This document shows, one piece after another, positions 22,339 through 35,908 of a stretch of DNA of 64,000 nucleotides (its first letter is position 1; each line of letters begins with the position of its first letter). The DNA lies in contig NC_092379.1 in assembly GCF_030028105.1 (NCBI RefSeq), forward strand, positions 24,545,821 to 24,609,820. The letters run 5' to 3'. The position numbers were made by a program, and so were the translations under genes. The notes beneath the pieces are model-generated. The model did not search any database. It saw only the letters and a list, made by a program, of their open reading frames with translations, and was not told the origin of the DNA. Source of the stretch: Mobula birostris (taxonomy: Eukaryota).

Positions 22339-25300
22339 GGGAGCAGGGTTTTAGATTTTTAGATCATTGGGATCTCTTCTGCGGAAGGTGGGACCTGCAC
22401 AGATTGGATGGGTTGCACCTGAACTCGAGGGGGAGCAATATCCTCGCAGGTAGGTTTGCTCGGGGTGGGGGGGTGGATTAAAGTAATTTGCGAGGGGGAT
22501 GGGACCCAGAGCGGTAGAGCAGAGGAAGAGGTGCATGGAGTAAAGCCAGATCTAACATACAGAGAAGCTTTGAGGATAGAGAAGCAGAATAAAGGGTGTA
22601 AAGACAGTAAGGTAGAAGGGCTGAAATGTGTGTGCCTCGATGCAAGAAGCATCAGGACCAAAGGTGATGAACTGAGAGCTTGGATACATACATGGAATTA
22701 TGATGTAGTGGTCATTACAGAGACTTGGCTGGCACCAGGGCAGGAATGAATTCTCAATATTCCTGGATTTCAGTGCTTTAAAAGGGATAGAGAGGGCGGA
22801 AAAAGGGGAGGAGGGGTGGCATTACTGGTCAGGAATACTATTACAGCTACAGAAAGAGTGCATAATGTAGCAGGATCCTCTTTTGAGTCAATATGGGTGA
22901 AAGTCAGGAACAGGAAGAGAGCTTTTACTCTACTGGGGGTATTCTATAGCCCCCCTGGTAGCAGCAGAGATACAGAGGAGCAGATTGGGAGGCATATTTT
23001 AGAAAGGTGCAAACATAACAGGGTTGTTATCATGGGCGACTTTAACTTCCCTAATATTGATTGTCACCTGATTAGTTCCAAGGGTTTAGATGGGGCGGAT
23101 TTAGTTAAGTGTTCCAGGATGGATTCCTGTCACAGTATGTGGATTGGCCGACCGGGAGAATGCTATACTAGATCTAGTACTAGGTAATGAACCGGGTCAG
23201 GTCACAGATCTCTCAGTGGGTGAGCATCTGGCGGACAGTGACCACCGCTCACTGGCCTTTATAATTATCATGGAAAAGGATAGAATCAAAGAGGACAGGA
23301 ACATTTTAATTGGGGAAAGGCAAATTATGAGGCTATAAGGCTAGAACTTGCGGGTGTGAATTGGGATGATGTTTTTTAGGGAAGTGTACTATGGACATGT
23401 GGTCGATATTTAGAGATCTCTTGCGGGATGCAAGGGATAAATTTGTTCCGGTGAGGAAGATAAAGAATGGTAGGGTGAAGGAACCATGGGTGACGTGAGG
23501 TGGAAAATCTGGTCAGGAGGAAGAAGGCAGCATACATGAGGATTAGGAAGCAAGGATCAGATGGGTATATTGAGGAATATATGGAAGCAAGAAAGGAGCT
23601 TAAGAAGGGGCTGAGAAGAGCAAGAAGGGGGCATGAGAAGGCCTTGGCGAGTAGGGTAAAGGAAAACCCCAAGGCATTCTTCAATTATGTGAAGAAAAAA
23701 AAGGATGACCGGAGTGAAAGTAGGACCAATTAGTGATAAAGGTGGGAAGATGTGCCTGGAGGCTGTGGAAGTGAGCGAGGTCCTCCATGAATACTTCTCT
23801 TCGTTATTCACCAATGAGAGGGAACTTGATTATGGTGAGGACAATATGAGTGAGGTTGATATTCTGGAGCATGCTGATATTAAGGGAGAGGAGGTGTTGG
23901 AGTTGTTAAAATACATTAGGACAGGTACGTCCCCGGGACCTGACGGAACATTCCCCAGGCTGCTCCACGAGGCAAGAGAAGAGATTGCTGAGCCTCTGGC
24001 TAGGATCTTTATGTCCTCGTTGTCGACGGGAATGGTACCGGAGGATTGGAGGGAGACCAATTTTGTTCCCTTGTTCAAAAAAGTTAGTAAGGATAGTCCG
24101 GGTAATTATAGACCAGTGAGCCTTACGTCTGTGGTGGGAAAACTGTTGGAAAAGATTCTTAGAGATAGGATCTATAGGCATTTAGAGAATCATGGTCTGA
24201 TCAGGGACAGTCAGCATGGCTTTGTGAAGGGCAGATTGTGTCTAACAAGCCTGATAGAGTTCTTTGAGGAGGTGAGTAGGCATATAGATGAGGGTAGTGC
24301 AGTGGATGTGATCTATATGGATTATAGTAAGGCATTTGACAAGATTCCACATGGTAGGCTTATTCAGAAAGTTAGAAGGAATGGGATCCAGGGAAATTTG
24401 GCCAGGTGGATTCAGAATTGGCTTGCCTGCAGAAGGGAGAGGGTGGTGGTGGAGGGAGCACATTCAGATTGGAGGATTGTGACTAGTGGTCTCCCATAAG
24501 GATCTGTTCTGGGACCTCTACTTTTCGTGATTTTTATTAACGACCTGGATGTGGGTGTAGAAGGGTGGTTTGGCAAGTTTGCAGACGACACGAAGTTTGG
24601 TGGTGTTGTAGATAGTGTAGAGGATTGTCAAAGATTGCAGAGAGACATTGATATGATGCAGAGGTGGGCTGAGAAGTGGCAGATGGAGTTCAACTCGGAG
24701 GAGTGTGAGGTGGTACACTTTGGAAGGACAAACTCCAAGGCAGAGTACAAAGTAAATGGCAGGATACTTGGTAGTGTGGAGGAGCAGAGGGATCTCGGGG
24801 TACATGTCCACAGATCCCTGAAAGTTGCCTTTCAGGTTTATAGGGTAGTTAAGAAAGCTTATGGGGTGTTAGCTTTCATAAGTCGAGGGATAGAGTTTAA
24901 GAGTCGCGATGTAATGATGCAGCTCAATAACACTCTGGTTAGGCCACACTTGAAGTACTGTTTCCAGTTCTGGTCACCTCACTATAGGAAGGATGTGTGA
25001 AGCATTGGAAAGGGTACAGAGGAGATTTACCTAGGATGCTGCCTAGTTTGGAAAGTATGCATTATGATCAGAGATTAAGGGAGCTAGGGCTTTACTCTTT
25101 GGAGAGAAGGAGGATGAGAGGAGACATGATGGAGGTGTACAATCTAATGAGAGGAATAGATAGAGTGGATAGCCAGCGCCTCTTCCCCAGGGCACCACTG
25201 CTCAATACAAGAGGACATGGCTTTAAGGTAAGTGGTGGGAAGTTCAAGGGGGATATTAGAGGAAGGTTTTTTACTCAGAGAGTGGTTGGTGCGTGGAATG

Positions 25301-25477
25301 CACTGCCTGAGTCAGTGGTGGAGGCAGGTACACTAGTGAAGTTTAAAAGACTACTAGACAGGTATATGGAGGAATCTAAGATGGGGGCTTATATGGCAGG
25401 CAGGGTTTAAGGATCAGCACAACATTGTGGGCCGAAGGGCCTGTACTGTGCTGTACTATTCTATGTTCTATGTTCTA
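22339..25477 (+). mobile_element. CR1 LINE, 5'-truncated, same subfamily as 7864-11067, opposite orientation
   Basis: ORF1 esterase end, APE and RT pieces (22456-25410) near-collinear with the minus copy; 3' tail (TTCTATG)n. Confidence 0.95.
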
Positions 25478-26616
25478 AAATTGAACTTTATAGCTACCCT
25501 ACCCATGTTCCACTTACCTTTACCCTTCTGAGCAAAATGTGTTTCAATCCAAACACTATAAACTTCCGGCAATAAACTTTCCTTCCCTTCAATTCGAAAA
25601 AAGACCTTTGACTTAATAAATATTCAGATGCCTGTTAACTCAAAAGCTTCAACACAGAACGTCGAGGCACTCGTTCCTAGGGCATTTCTGCATTCACTTT
25701 TGTCAGCTGTATTTTCAAATTTCATCATGGGCGTCAAAAGTCCATCGTACCTGCTTTATGGTTCGGTGCCTGCTGGTATGGCTTGCCTCTGAATATAACG
25801 ATTCAAATGTACTTGAACCCGTTATCTGGCAAATTGTGGCAGAGTTTATATTTCAGTCGTTTACTTTACCTCACTGGAAGTAAACAGACTTTGAGAAGAA
25901 GGTGAAAGATATTTAAAAGGTGTCTCTCTCTCGGGGTAACAGTGTTTAACTCTCTGGTTGCTGTACACATTACAATATACTGACCGGTGTACTGGAAGGT
26001 GAACAATACAGGAATATGTTTAGTTCTCTCTCTGTGATATAACAATAACCGCGGATTCTTGTGTAAACCGAAATCGAATTTGTACCATGACGCCTCAAGG
26101 TGGACTGACATGCATTATGACTTATCCCTCGAAGCAGTTCATCCGCATAGATAGAAGTGCTACCGGAAAATATCGCGTTGTTCCTGGGTACAGGTATAAA
26201 GGAGACCTTTACAGAGCAGATGCTACCTCACACGGCCGACCCAAGATATCTACGATATCCAGTTGCTTAACTAAGTTCTTCTATAGTTCGCCAGGTACGC
26301 CGAATGGAACAGATGGTTTTGGAGAATTTATCCTCGTGAACGGTGCTCTCACATCAGTCCTGTTTCTTGCTTGTTTACCATGCTATTGAATTCATCAGCT
26401 GTTTGCGTGACTTATGCATTTGGTGGTATGCAAATACCGAAATCACACGAGCACTTGATGGTTACAATATAGTAGTAAACAAATAGGAAATTAGATTGAT
26501 GTAAGAGCATTGGTCACTGTAGGTAGAACGGTCGTCAATTTATCCTTAGATTTTGAAGATGCGTCCTAGCATCTCAACGGGTTTATCATGAAGCTGACAT
26601 CATCGACTTTCTTTTC

Positions 26617-29600
26617 CTATGCTGCCGGTGGATGGAGAGCTACGCGGGCTTGAGCGCCGGGTCTATTGTGTGCATTTGAGAGATGCGACAGTGATTTTAC
26701 CTTTCTAAACCATGTTGGCACGTTATTTTTATTTCGAACTAAACACCCCACCTCTCCCATAAGACACAGTATCGGAACTAGCCCAATGCGCAAACCAAAT
26801 CTATTCCACCAGACTATCATGTCGGGCTCATTATCCCGCTCAACACAGTTCTCCTGACTTCTCTCCATAACTCTGGACTCCTTGCTCATGAATAATCTGT
26901 TAAACTCTTATTTAAATATACATTGATTTCGAGGCCCTCACAAGAGTCTGTGGCAATTAATTCCGCAGACACCCGACTCTGTGGCTAATACAATTGCTCT
27001 TTATCTCCATTGTAACGTGACACGATCTATTCTGAGGTCGTACCCTCTGTTCCTCGAATGTTCCACCGTTGGGAATATCCTTTCCGTGTCCACTTGATCC
27101 GGCCCTGTCAATATTTGGTAGGTATCAATGGGAACCCATCCATTCCTCCAAACTCCAGCAAGCATCGGCCTAAGGCTAGCAAACATTCTCAAACGTTAAT
27201 TCTATAATTAACTGATTATTCTCGTGAAATTCCCAGGACCATCCCCAACGTCAGTACATCCTTTTTAAACAAAGGGTCCTAAACTGGTTTAATCACTCAC
27301 AGTGAGATTTTACCTATTCCTTCTGAAGCCGCAACATTACACACTTCCTTTTATAATGTCGCCCTTTTGAAATGAATACTAACATTGCAGTTCTCTCCCG
27401 ACAACCATCTCGACCTGCACGTTAACATTTACGGTTACATACACTATGACTGCAAAATCCCATTTGCATTTCTGATTTCTGATTTTTTTCCCCCACGGGT
27501 AGGAGGTTGTCTATGGCTTTACCCCTTCTTCCAAAGTGCATGACCATACATTTCCCTACATTATATTTCATCTGTCACTTCATTATCAATACACCCTTAA
27601 CGTCACCTAACGTTGTATCGTGGGAAAACCTTGTGGCAAAGCCATGAATTCTCTCATGAAAAATGGAGCATTGAACTTAGAACAGTGCAGCACAGCAGCA
27701 GATCATTCTGACCACAATGTTATGACAAAATTTATTTTTACACCTACAAATAGTCCGTATTTTTCTCGTTCCCTCGCATTCCGGTACTTATTTAAATGTT
27801 TATTTAATGTTCCGAATACATCCGCCTCTGCATCGACCCCAGGCAGCGAATTATAGACACCCAGCACTCCCTGTTAAAAAAAAAACACAACAACAACAAC
27901 AACAACATCAACAACGGTTTGTCCCTCACATTTCCTTTGCAATGAAGCCTTGTCTCCTTGAAAGCATGTCCTTTTGTAATAGATATTTCAAGCCGGATAA
28001 AATGGTACACTCTAAATAATCTCTGTATGCCTCCCATCATCTTATAAACCCCCATGAGATCTCATATCATGCTCCCCTTCTCCACAGAAAACAGCACCGT
28101 CTTGTTAGAGCACATGCCTTCTAATCTAGGCAGCATCCCCGCAAATCTCTTCTACCTCTTCTCCAAAACCTTGGTAACATCTATGCAATGCAGCGATCAA
28201 AACTGTATGATTTATCCCGGATGCGGCCTAACAATAGTTGAAAACGTTGAGTAATATATGCTGCTCACTTTTGGACACAGTGCTGCGACTACTAAAGGCA
28301 GACATTTTGTGTTACATTCTGAACACTCTACCAACCTGTGCAGTCACTTTCACGGATATATGAATTTAGAATGCAATATCCCTCCGCTCCTCAGCACTAT
28401 TAATGCTTCCTCCCCCCCCCCCCCATTTAACAATGCACTGCCTATCTACGTTTGAGCTACCAAGTTGCAACAATCCATGTTGGGCCGTGTTAAACCTCTC
28501 CAGCTATTTATCCGACCATATTTGGGACTGCTCTATATCCCACTGTATTATCTGTCAGACCGACGCTATCCATAACACGTCCGATCCTTATACCATTTGC
28601 AATCATACTAACTCATCAATATACATTTTCATTCGGAGCATTTATATATAACACAAACAATGCCAGTAGTCCATCCAGCTACAACCATTACATTGTCTGT
28701 TCTATGGACCAGTCATTTCTTAATCCAAGTGGTCCGTTCACAATGGATTCTATGAATGATAATCTTCTGGATAACTTTCCCAAGAAGGATATTTTCTAAT
28801 TAGTAATACAATCCATATTAATAATATCCACACTCTACCTTCAACTAACACAATCGTAACGTCAACGAAACACTTTGTCAATTGTGTAAGGCACAACTAT
28901 TCCGTACAATGTCATCCCGTCTCTCCTTAACTAAGCTATGTTTCTTTTTTTTCCAGATTGGCGTTAGCCTTCCCACTAAAATCCCTTCAATAACTTCCGT
29001 ACCACTGACATGAGACTCAACTGTCTGTACTTTCCAGAATTATGCTTGGATCCCTTCTTGATTCATGCAACAATATTAACTACTGGGAAACGTTGTGGGA
29101 GCTTGCCTGTGGCTAGGGGAGATAGGAACATATTTCTGAAAGCTCCTGCAATCTCGTCATTTGCCTCCTTTAAAACCATGGACCTTTAACTGTCTTTCTT
29201 TGCAATCCTAAATTGCTTCTTTAGTTGATTTCGGGGTTATTTATAACTCTTAGGGATTCTATCTGATTCTAGGTACATATACTGTTCATTGTTCTTCTCG
29301 ACTGATGTCATAATCTCTCTCGATATCTGAGGTTCGCTTACGTTGCCATCGTCAACCTTCCCTACGACCGGAACATATCTGTCCTATACTGTATACAGTT
29401 GATCTTTACACACCTTACATATGTCGAATGTCAACTTGCCCTAAGACAGATATTGCCTGTTAATATTCTCTAGTTTCTGCCAATGATCCTGTAATTTGCC
29501 CTGCTTGTTCTTACTACTCCCTCCCAAAGTCTATGGTATATTTATCTACAGCTATCGTAACAATTGATGGGCCGTAGTCACTGTTTCCTAACTGTTTGCA

Positions 29601-32600
29601 CACTGAAATGTGGGTTGCTCTGCAAGACTCATTAGTTAACACCAGGTCCAGAACAAAGGCTGTTCTTATTGTAAAAACTACATGCTAATTGCTGAAACCC
29701 TCAATGTCCAGTAAAGCATGAGATATAGGAACTGAATTAGACCATGACTGTCGATTCTGCTCCGCCATTCCATCATGCCTGACTTATTATTCCGCTCCGT
29801 TCAATTCTCCTGCCTTCGTCCAAAAATCTGACTAATCAGGAACCTATCAACCTGCGCTTTAAATATAGGCAATGAATTGGCCTACACAGCCGTCTGAAGG
29901 AAAATAAAAAAGTGCACATAATCCCAACGCTCTACGCAAATAAATTTCTCCTCATCACTACTCTAAATGAACGTGCCAGTGTTCTGAGGCTGTGCTCTTT
30001 GGACGCCTTCTACTCTGCTGTAACATCCTTTCCACATCTATTCTTACCGGGATTGTTAGTATTCGACGTATTTCAATTGAAATCGGCCCTCTTTCTTCTA
30101 AGCTCCAGCGACTACAGGCCCAGGCCCATCAGACGCTCCTCATATATTAACCATTCTTTTCCGGCCTCATTCACGTGAGAGTTCGCTAGATCATATCCAT
30201 CGACAGCACCTATTTGTATTGCAACGGAGTGCAAAACTGCTACCATTACTTCAAGTGCAAATTAACCAATGCCTTAAAAATCCTCATAACAGCATACTTG
30301 CAGCTATATTCGAATCCTCCCGAAATTTACACTAACATTGCATTTGACTTCCCTACCACCGGCTTAACCAGCAAGTTAACCTTCAGGGGCACCTGCGCAG
30401 GACATTCAATTCCCTTAGCACGGCATGCTGTTGTTGTTGTTGTTGTTGTTGTTGTTCTTTTCAATTTGATCCCTGCTTTAAAAAAATGTGTCTGCCTTTA
30501 TCCCTCTACCATGGACATGCACTTCCATACACGATATTCGAGCTCTCAGTCCTTTCCCCATTTAACAAAAAAATCTATTTTATTCGTTCTACAGACTCAT
30601 TGCTTCCTCAGGACAATCCTCAGCCGCTTGTCTTCCATCGTCTGCTAACATGAACACAGAGCCATCAATTCCGTCATCGAAATCACTTTCCTTTCGGAAG
30701 GAATTGTCACTGGCCGTCATACAATAAGGGCCGACTTTATTCCTATCCTTTGCCTCCTGACAGTCCGCCGATCTTCTGTCCATGCTAGTATCTGTCCTGT
30801 AAAAACAGTGCCTCTTCTATTATTAAGTATCCTTTTCAAAGCTCTTTTGAATGTCCAAAAAAAAAAACAACATCCATTGACTATCCTTTGTTTATCTGCA
30901 ATGTTATTTCCATATAGAATTCCAACAAATTTCTCAACCAGGATTTCCCCTGATGGAAACCATGCTGACGTTGGCTTATTATATCATGTCCATTCAAGTA
31001 CCCTGAAATTGTAAAATCTTCCCAAGCACCGAAGTCAGCATAATTGGCCGATTAGTCTGCCTATTCCCCTTTTTAAAGAGAGATGTGACATTTGTAATTT
31101 TCTGCTCCTCCTGAAGTGTTCCAGAATCAAGTAATTCTTAAACTATCTGTACTAATGCCTTCACAATGTCTGCAGCTACCTCTTTCTACCCCTGAGGTGT
31201 ATTCCCTCTCATCCTGTTGGCTTATCTACTTCCATAACTTTCAGCTTAATAATAGCTACTACATTCACTGTCGGGTATCCTCGGTATCTTCTGCACTGAC
31301 TTTTGACGCAAAATCCGTATTAAGTTCGTCCGCCTTTCTATTTTCCCCCATTACTACCGCTCCGGCTTCATATTCGAACGGTCCGATATTCATTCTCGAC
31401 TCCATTTCACTCTATATATACACAAAATAAACAGTTTTGCATTATGTTGTATATTATTGGCAGATTCATCTTTCGTCGCTTGTTTCATGGCTTTTTTTCA
31501 TACGCACACTGCTAGTTTTTAAAATCCCCATGGATTTTTGGTATATTCTATGACCTGTAATTTCCTTTAGTACTGCATTGGACATCGCCACTCAGCCAGT
31601 ATTGTGCCATCCTCTTTTTAGAACGCTTGTTTGCTCTGGGGTGTATACCTCATTTGTATACAGAATTAATTGTAGAAACATCAGCCATTGCTGTTCTGCC
31701 ATGATCCCTGCCAGTGTTAACTTCCAATCAACTTTGGCTTTCATTCCTTTGTAATTCTCTTTACTACACAGTAATGCTGTTACATCTAAATTCGGTTTCT
31801 CGCTCTTAATCAGCAGCTGAATATTCCTATAGCATTGTCACTATCTCTTTTGTTTTCCTTTACTTGAAACTCACCCCTGGATGCCTCAAAATACTACCGC
31901 ATCTAAACTTATTGCACTAAGAACATCACAATTTATATCAGAGAAGTTGAAATTCCCCAGGTCAACAACTCTGTGGATTTTATTCCATATCTGCCTGCGT
32001 CTGTGTCTCTCAATGCCCCGGCGTTTATTGCGAGGCAAAGTTGTGAGGTAGAATTGTACCCTTCCTATTTTTGAGTTCAGACAAGCTCTCAATTATGCAC
32101 ACTAGGTTTGCATTTGTGACATTATTCCTGATTTGTAGTGCATCCACACCCAATGATGGTTTCCTCTGCTTTACCTACAACCATTCCTACTTGCATATTT
32201 CACCAGACCCTGCCTCAGAAGAGATTCATACAGACTGTAGGCAAATAACGTGAACAAATCTGTCACAACAACGATCACTCACTATTTCACACAATTTGTT
32301 TCCTGCCAGTCAGTCAATCTGCTACTCATGCTTGCATCGTTCATCTAATACCATGTTCTTCAAACTTGTTTAGTTGTCTGATGCGCGACGCTTGCTAAAT
32401 ACCTTCCGAATATCCAAGTAAACAAGAATCACTGACTATTCTTCATCTTGCTGCCTGCTACTTCCTCAAAGAATTCCAACAGATTTTCAATGATATCTTT
32501 CCCGTTCAAAAAAAAAAAAAAACAACATGCTGACCGGACATGCTTAGCAAGTACCCGAATCCACATCTTAAATAACATTGTACCAACCACTGAAACCAGG

Positions 32601-32900
32601 CTCACTGCCCTACAAATTCCTATCTTTGTCTCCCTCACTTCTTAATGACTCGAGTGACATTAGGAATTTCCCGATGCTCCGTAACCAATCTAAAATCTAC
32701 TGATCTTCAGACGTTTTAGCATAGCAGGCACCATCTTCTTCTGATAGCGAATGACATATATTCATTCAGCCACGTCTCCGCACTCTTCAAATGCTGCAGG
32801 TGTCTTCAATGGCGAGCTGTGACACAAGATGATTCTGCCTCCCGATAGCTTCCTTAGTTGATGTTTGTGTATTTAAATGTTTCAGAATCCTCTAGCTTCC
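26617..32900 (-). mobile_element. Patchwork of old CR1 fragments with microsatellites
   Basis: RT-like (RAVSLVSVVG...LLEFFEEV, 32429-32638), APE-like (LGNFNFSDI, 31886-32092) and 3'-end-like pieces; (CAA)n about 27887-27915 and (TTG)n about 30428-30455. Internal boundaries not resolved. Confidence 0.6.
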
Positions 32901-33420
32901 CACGATTTATTTTTTGCTATGTCGTAGCCCTTTTCTTTTGTCTTCATGATGTCTTTGATTTCCCTTGTCAGCCTTATTGTTGTGGTTTCTATTCTCTGCA
33001 AGTTTTCACTCTGAACGTTGAGTCATCATTCCAGGATCAATTCCCCAAACCACGTCTGGTACGGGGAAACCGTTCGCTGATCTACTTACGAGGGGTGATT
33101 GATGAGCTCGTAGCTTACTTAGCCAATAACAACAACAAAAAAAAAAAACTAGCACATTTACTTATCAAAACTGTCTCCTACATGTAACGACTTAGTACAG
33201 CGGTCGTGGAGCATAGGTATCCCTTCTTTCTAGAAGTGGTCCACAGCAGGGGTGATTGATAACTTCGTGGCCGAAGGTAGAAGTTGTGAATTTTAGAAAA
33301 CCTAGCACATTTACTTATCAACATAGTCCCCTGCATGTACAACCTTAGTACAGCGGTCGTGGAGTATGCTTGTAGAAGTGGTCCACAGCAGGAGTGATTG
33401 ATAAGTTCATGGCCTAAGCT

Positions 33421-33830
33421 AACAGGTGTTCCGCTGATGCCCTACCTCCCCCTCGTACCCCATCGGTTATTTATTTTTTTATACACACTTTCTTTCTCTC
33501 ACTCTCCTTTTTCTTCTTCTGTTCCTCTGACTATACCCCTTGCCCATCCTCTGGGTCCCCCCCCTTCTTTCTCCCGGAGCCTTCTGTCCCATGATCCTCT
33601 CATATCCCCTTTGCCAATCACCTCTCCAGCTCTTGGCTCCATCCCTCCCCCTCCTGTCATCTCCTATCATTTTGGATTTCCCCACCCCCTCCCACTTTCA
33701 AATCTCTTACTAACTCTTCCTTCAGTTAGTCCTGACGAAGGGTCTCGGCCTGAAATGTCGACTGTACCTCTTCCTTGAGATGCTGCCTGGCCTGCTGCGT
33801 TCACCAGAGGCTTTGATGTGTGTTGGTTGA
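33421..33830 (+). mobile_element. Penelope-like element terminal fragment
   Basis: Long pyrimidine-rich tract, then hammerhead motif and the conserved GATGCTGCCTGGCCTGCTGCGTTCACCAG tail seen in four other places in the window. Confidence 0.7.
33728..33763 (+). ncRNA. Minimal type I hammerhead ribozyme motif
   Basis: AGTC (stem I) CTGACGA (core) AGG-GTCTCGG-CCT (stem II) GAAA T GTC (cleavage triplet) GACT (stem I complement); stem III has no loop. Confidence 0.7.
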
Positions 33831-34329
33831 AGGAATTGAGTTATTAACTTTAAACGGTTTGCATAATCACTCAAAGAGTTGACCTGCCCGTGCATATAAA
33901 AAGAGCGTCCTTGACCTCCAGGTGGCCCACAGCAGGGTTGATTGCTAAGTTCGTGACCTAATGTAGAAGGAGATGAGTTTTACAGCTCTCGCTACATGCA
34001 CGTTCAGTTCAAGTCTTTCAGTAAAAATGCAGAAAGTTTAATTCCTGCCACTACCTGTGTGGTGCCTGTACGTTCCATCTGTGGACTTCCTCCTGGCTCT
34101 CCGGATTCCTCCTACAGTCACACGATGCACCAATCGGTCGGCTAATATGCCTTTGAATGTTGTCCAGTGAGTAAAGCATGAATTGCTGGGCGGCATGTCA
34201 CGATAGGCAGGAAGAGCCAAAACCACTCTCTATCTCTACAAGTAAATAAAGTTGAACAAATATCAAGGCAAGGCCAAGGTGATATTCCGTGTAAACTTGC
34301 AAACAACTTATTAGAGACAAGAATATAAT

Positions 34330-35013
34330 TAAAAGCATGTCATCGTTTAAAAAGATTTTACGGTGGACCACTAGTAATCGAATAGATTTGTAAGAGAATG
34401 CAAAATATCATCGGACGTCACAGATTTTTGTTTAATGGTTAATGAAGTTACATCTCACAAACTTCAGTCAGTTTACCAAACGGATTCGCGAGAATATGGC
34501 GGCGGAAGATAACAGATATCGTGATTTCCCGCCGTAAATGACGTATAAATTACCTGGTACCTTGGCTAGCGGACGTTTACAGGATCCTTGTAAATTGTGG
34601 AGCAGCACATATCGCCCAAACGGGACGCAAAGTGGAAACCTGCATTAGCAGCACAGGAAGTCTATCGATTTGGGTTACCGGGAGAAATCGGCGGGAGTAG
34701 AACACTGCATTCAGAACGTCTAACGGATTGATGTCGACTGTACAAAACTGTTGTGCTGGGCCAATGATTTTTGGGATTGCCTGGTAAAGGAGGAAATCAC
34801 AATAAAATTAGACGAAAATAACTATCAAAAACGAAGGTCGTGCTCTAAGTAGAAATTGGAAATCGTTTTTAATCAACGTGGGAGAGGGGAAACCTGATTG
34901 TATGAGGACTACCCAATCAAGAGGGTCGGATTTCGGCGGTATGAACGCCAGTGCACTAGACTTACACAGTTATAAGTCCTCATGAAGACAGCAGAGTTTG
35001 TCTTCGCAACGTC
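34330..35013 (+). mobile_element. Penelope-like element relic with GIY-YIG endonuclease region and decayed hammerhead
   Basis: Broken translation YIAQTGRKVET...EKSAGVEHCI...FWDCLVKEEITIKL...NWK (about 34610-34865); CTCATGA-AGAC/GTCT stem-...AACGTC at 34979-35013. Confidence 0.7.
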
Positions 35014-35700
35014 GGTTAGAATCGTCGGTTATAAGTGGAGGAGGCACAATGAAGGTGTTTACAGAGATGGTGGTGAAACGCAGGCAGAAGGAATAGGTGT
35101 AGTTGGGTACGGACGAGCTGAGGAAAACGGCCTTTTTCCGTACTGGTTAACTCTCTTTATCATTATATCCATATTGGCTATAAATCTTCTGTATTCCCTC
35201 TGGCCTTCTCAATCACTAAATGCGCACTGTCCCAGTCACAAATGTTAATGATTTCCTGATGATTCCTTGAATCACAGAGCAGTAAATGTGGAAGCATTCC
35301 TTTCAGCCCATCATATAGATTTCCCATGGTCCACCTAATTTTCATAGCCATTGATGTTGTCTCTACTGTATAATATTTAATATGTCAGAACACAGGATAT
35401 ATAAATTATAAGTTGTACATTGAATATAAATCTCTACGTTCTACAATGCACTATACAGTGAAACGACAGTGAATTCCTTCTCTATTTATTCGAAATGATC
35501 TTTTATTCACTTTACACGAGGCAGAATATACGTTTATTTCGAACCAAAACTTCACTCTATGTATAGTAATACATTGTTCTGTCGTAGAGTGTGTACCAAG
35601 CTTCGCACTAGTTTATATCACATTAAGCTTTATTGCTATTTGCAGTCCTGTGAATGTTGTCGCGATTGATGTCACATCCAGCTAACTGCATGATTGTATT

Positions 35701-35908
35701 ACCATAAGACCATAAGACAAAGTAGCAGAAGTCGGCCATTCGACTCATCGAGTCTCCTCCACTATTTTATCATGAGCTGACCCATTCTGCCATTTAGCCC
35801 CACTCCCCCGCCTTTTCACCATAACCTTTGATGCCCTGGCTAATAAGATACCAATCAATCTCTGCCATAAGTACACCCAATGACTTGACCTCCACTGCCG
35901 CCCCTGGC
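35701..35908 (-). mobile_element. CR1 3' end with (ACCATAAG) tail repeat
   Basis: ACCATAAGACCATAAGAC...GGCCATTCG tail, similar to other CR1 3' UTR pieces (5700-5880, 29710-29880). Confidence 0.6.

Larger units (their letters stand above)
33095..33990 (+). repeat. Degenerate tandem repeat, period about 153 bp, interrupted by a Penelope fragment
   Basis: CTAGCACATTTACTTATCAA...TTAGTACAGCGGTCGTGGAG...TAGAAGTGGTCCACAGCAGG.GTGATTGATAA starts at 33149 and 33302; partial units near 33090-33115 and 33920-33990. Confidence 0.75.

Noticed and set aside
18157-26435. Perfect octamers at 18157-18164 (ATTTGCAT) and 26428-26435 (ATGCAAAT)
   Set aside because: A few 8-mers are expected by chance in 64 kb, and neither is tied to a supportable leader exon.
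33095-33990. CRISPR-like or prokaryotic interpretation of the repeats
   Set aside because: Eukaryotic context; the units are long, degenerate and lack a repeat-spacer structure.
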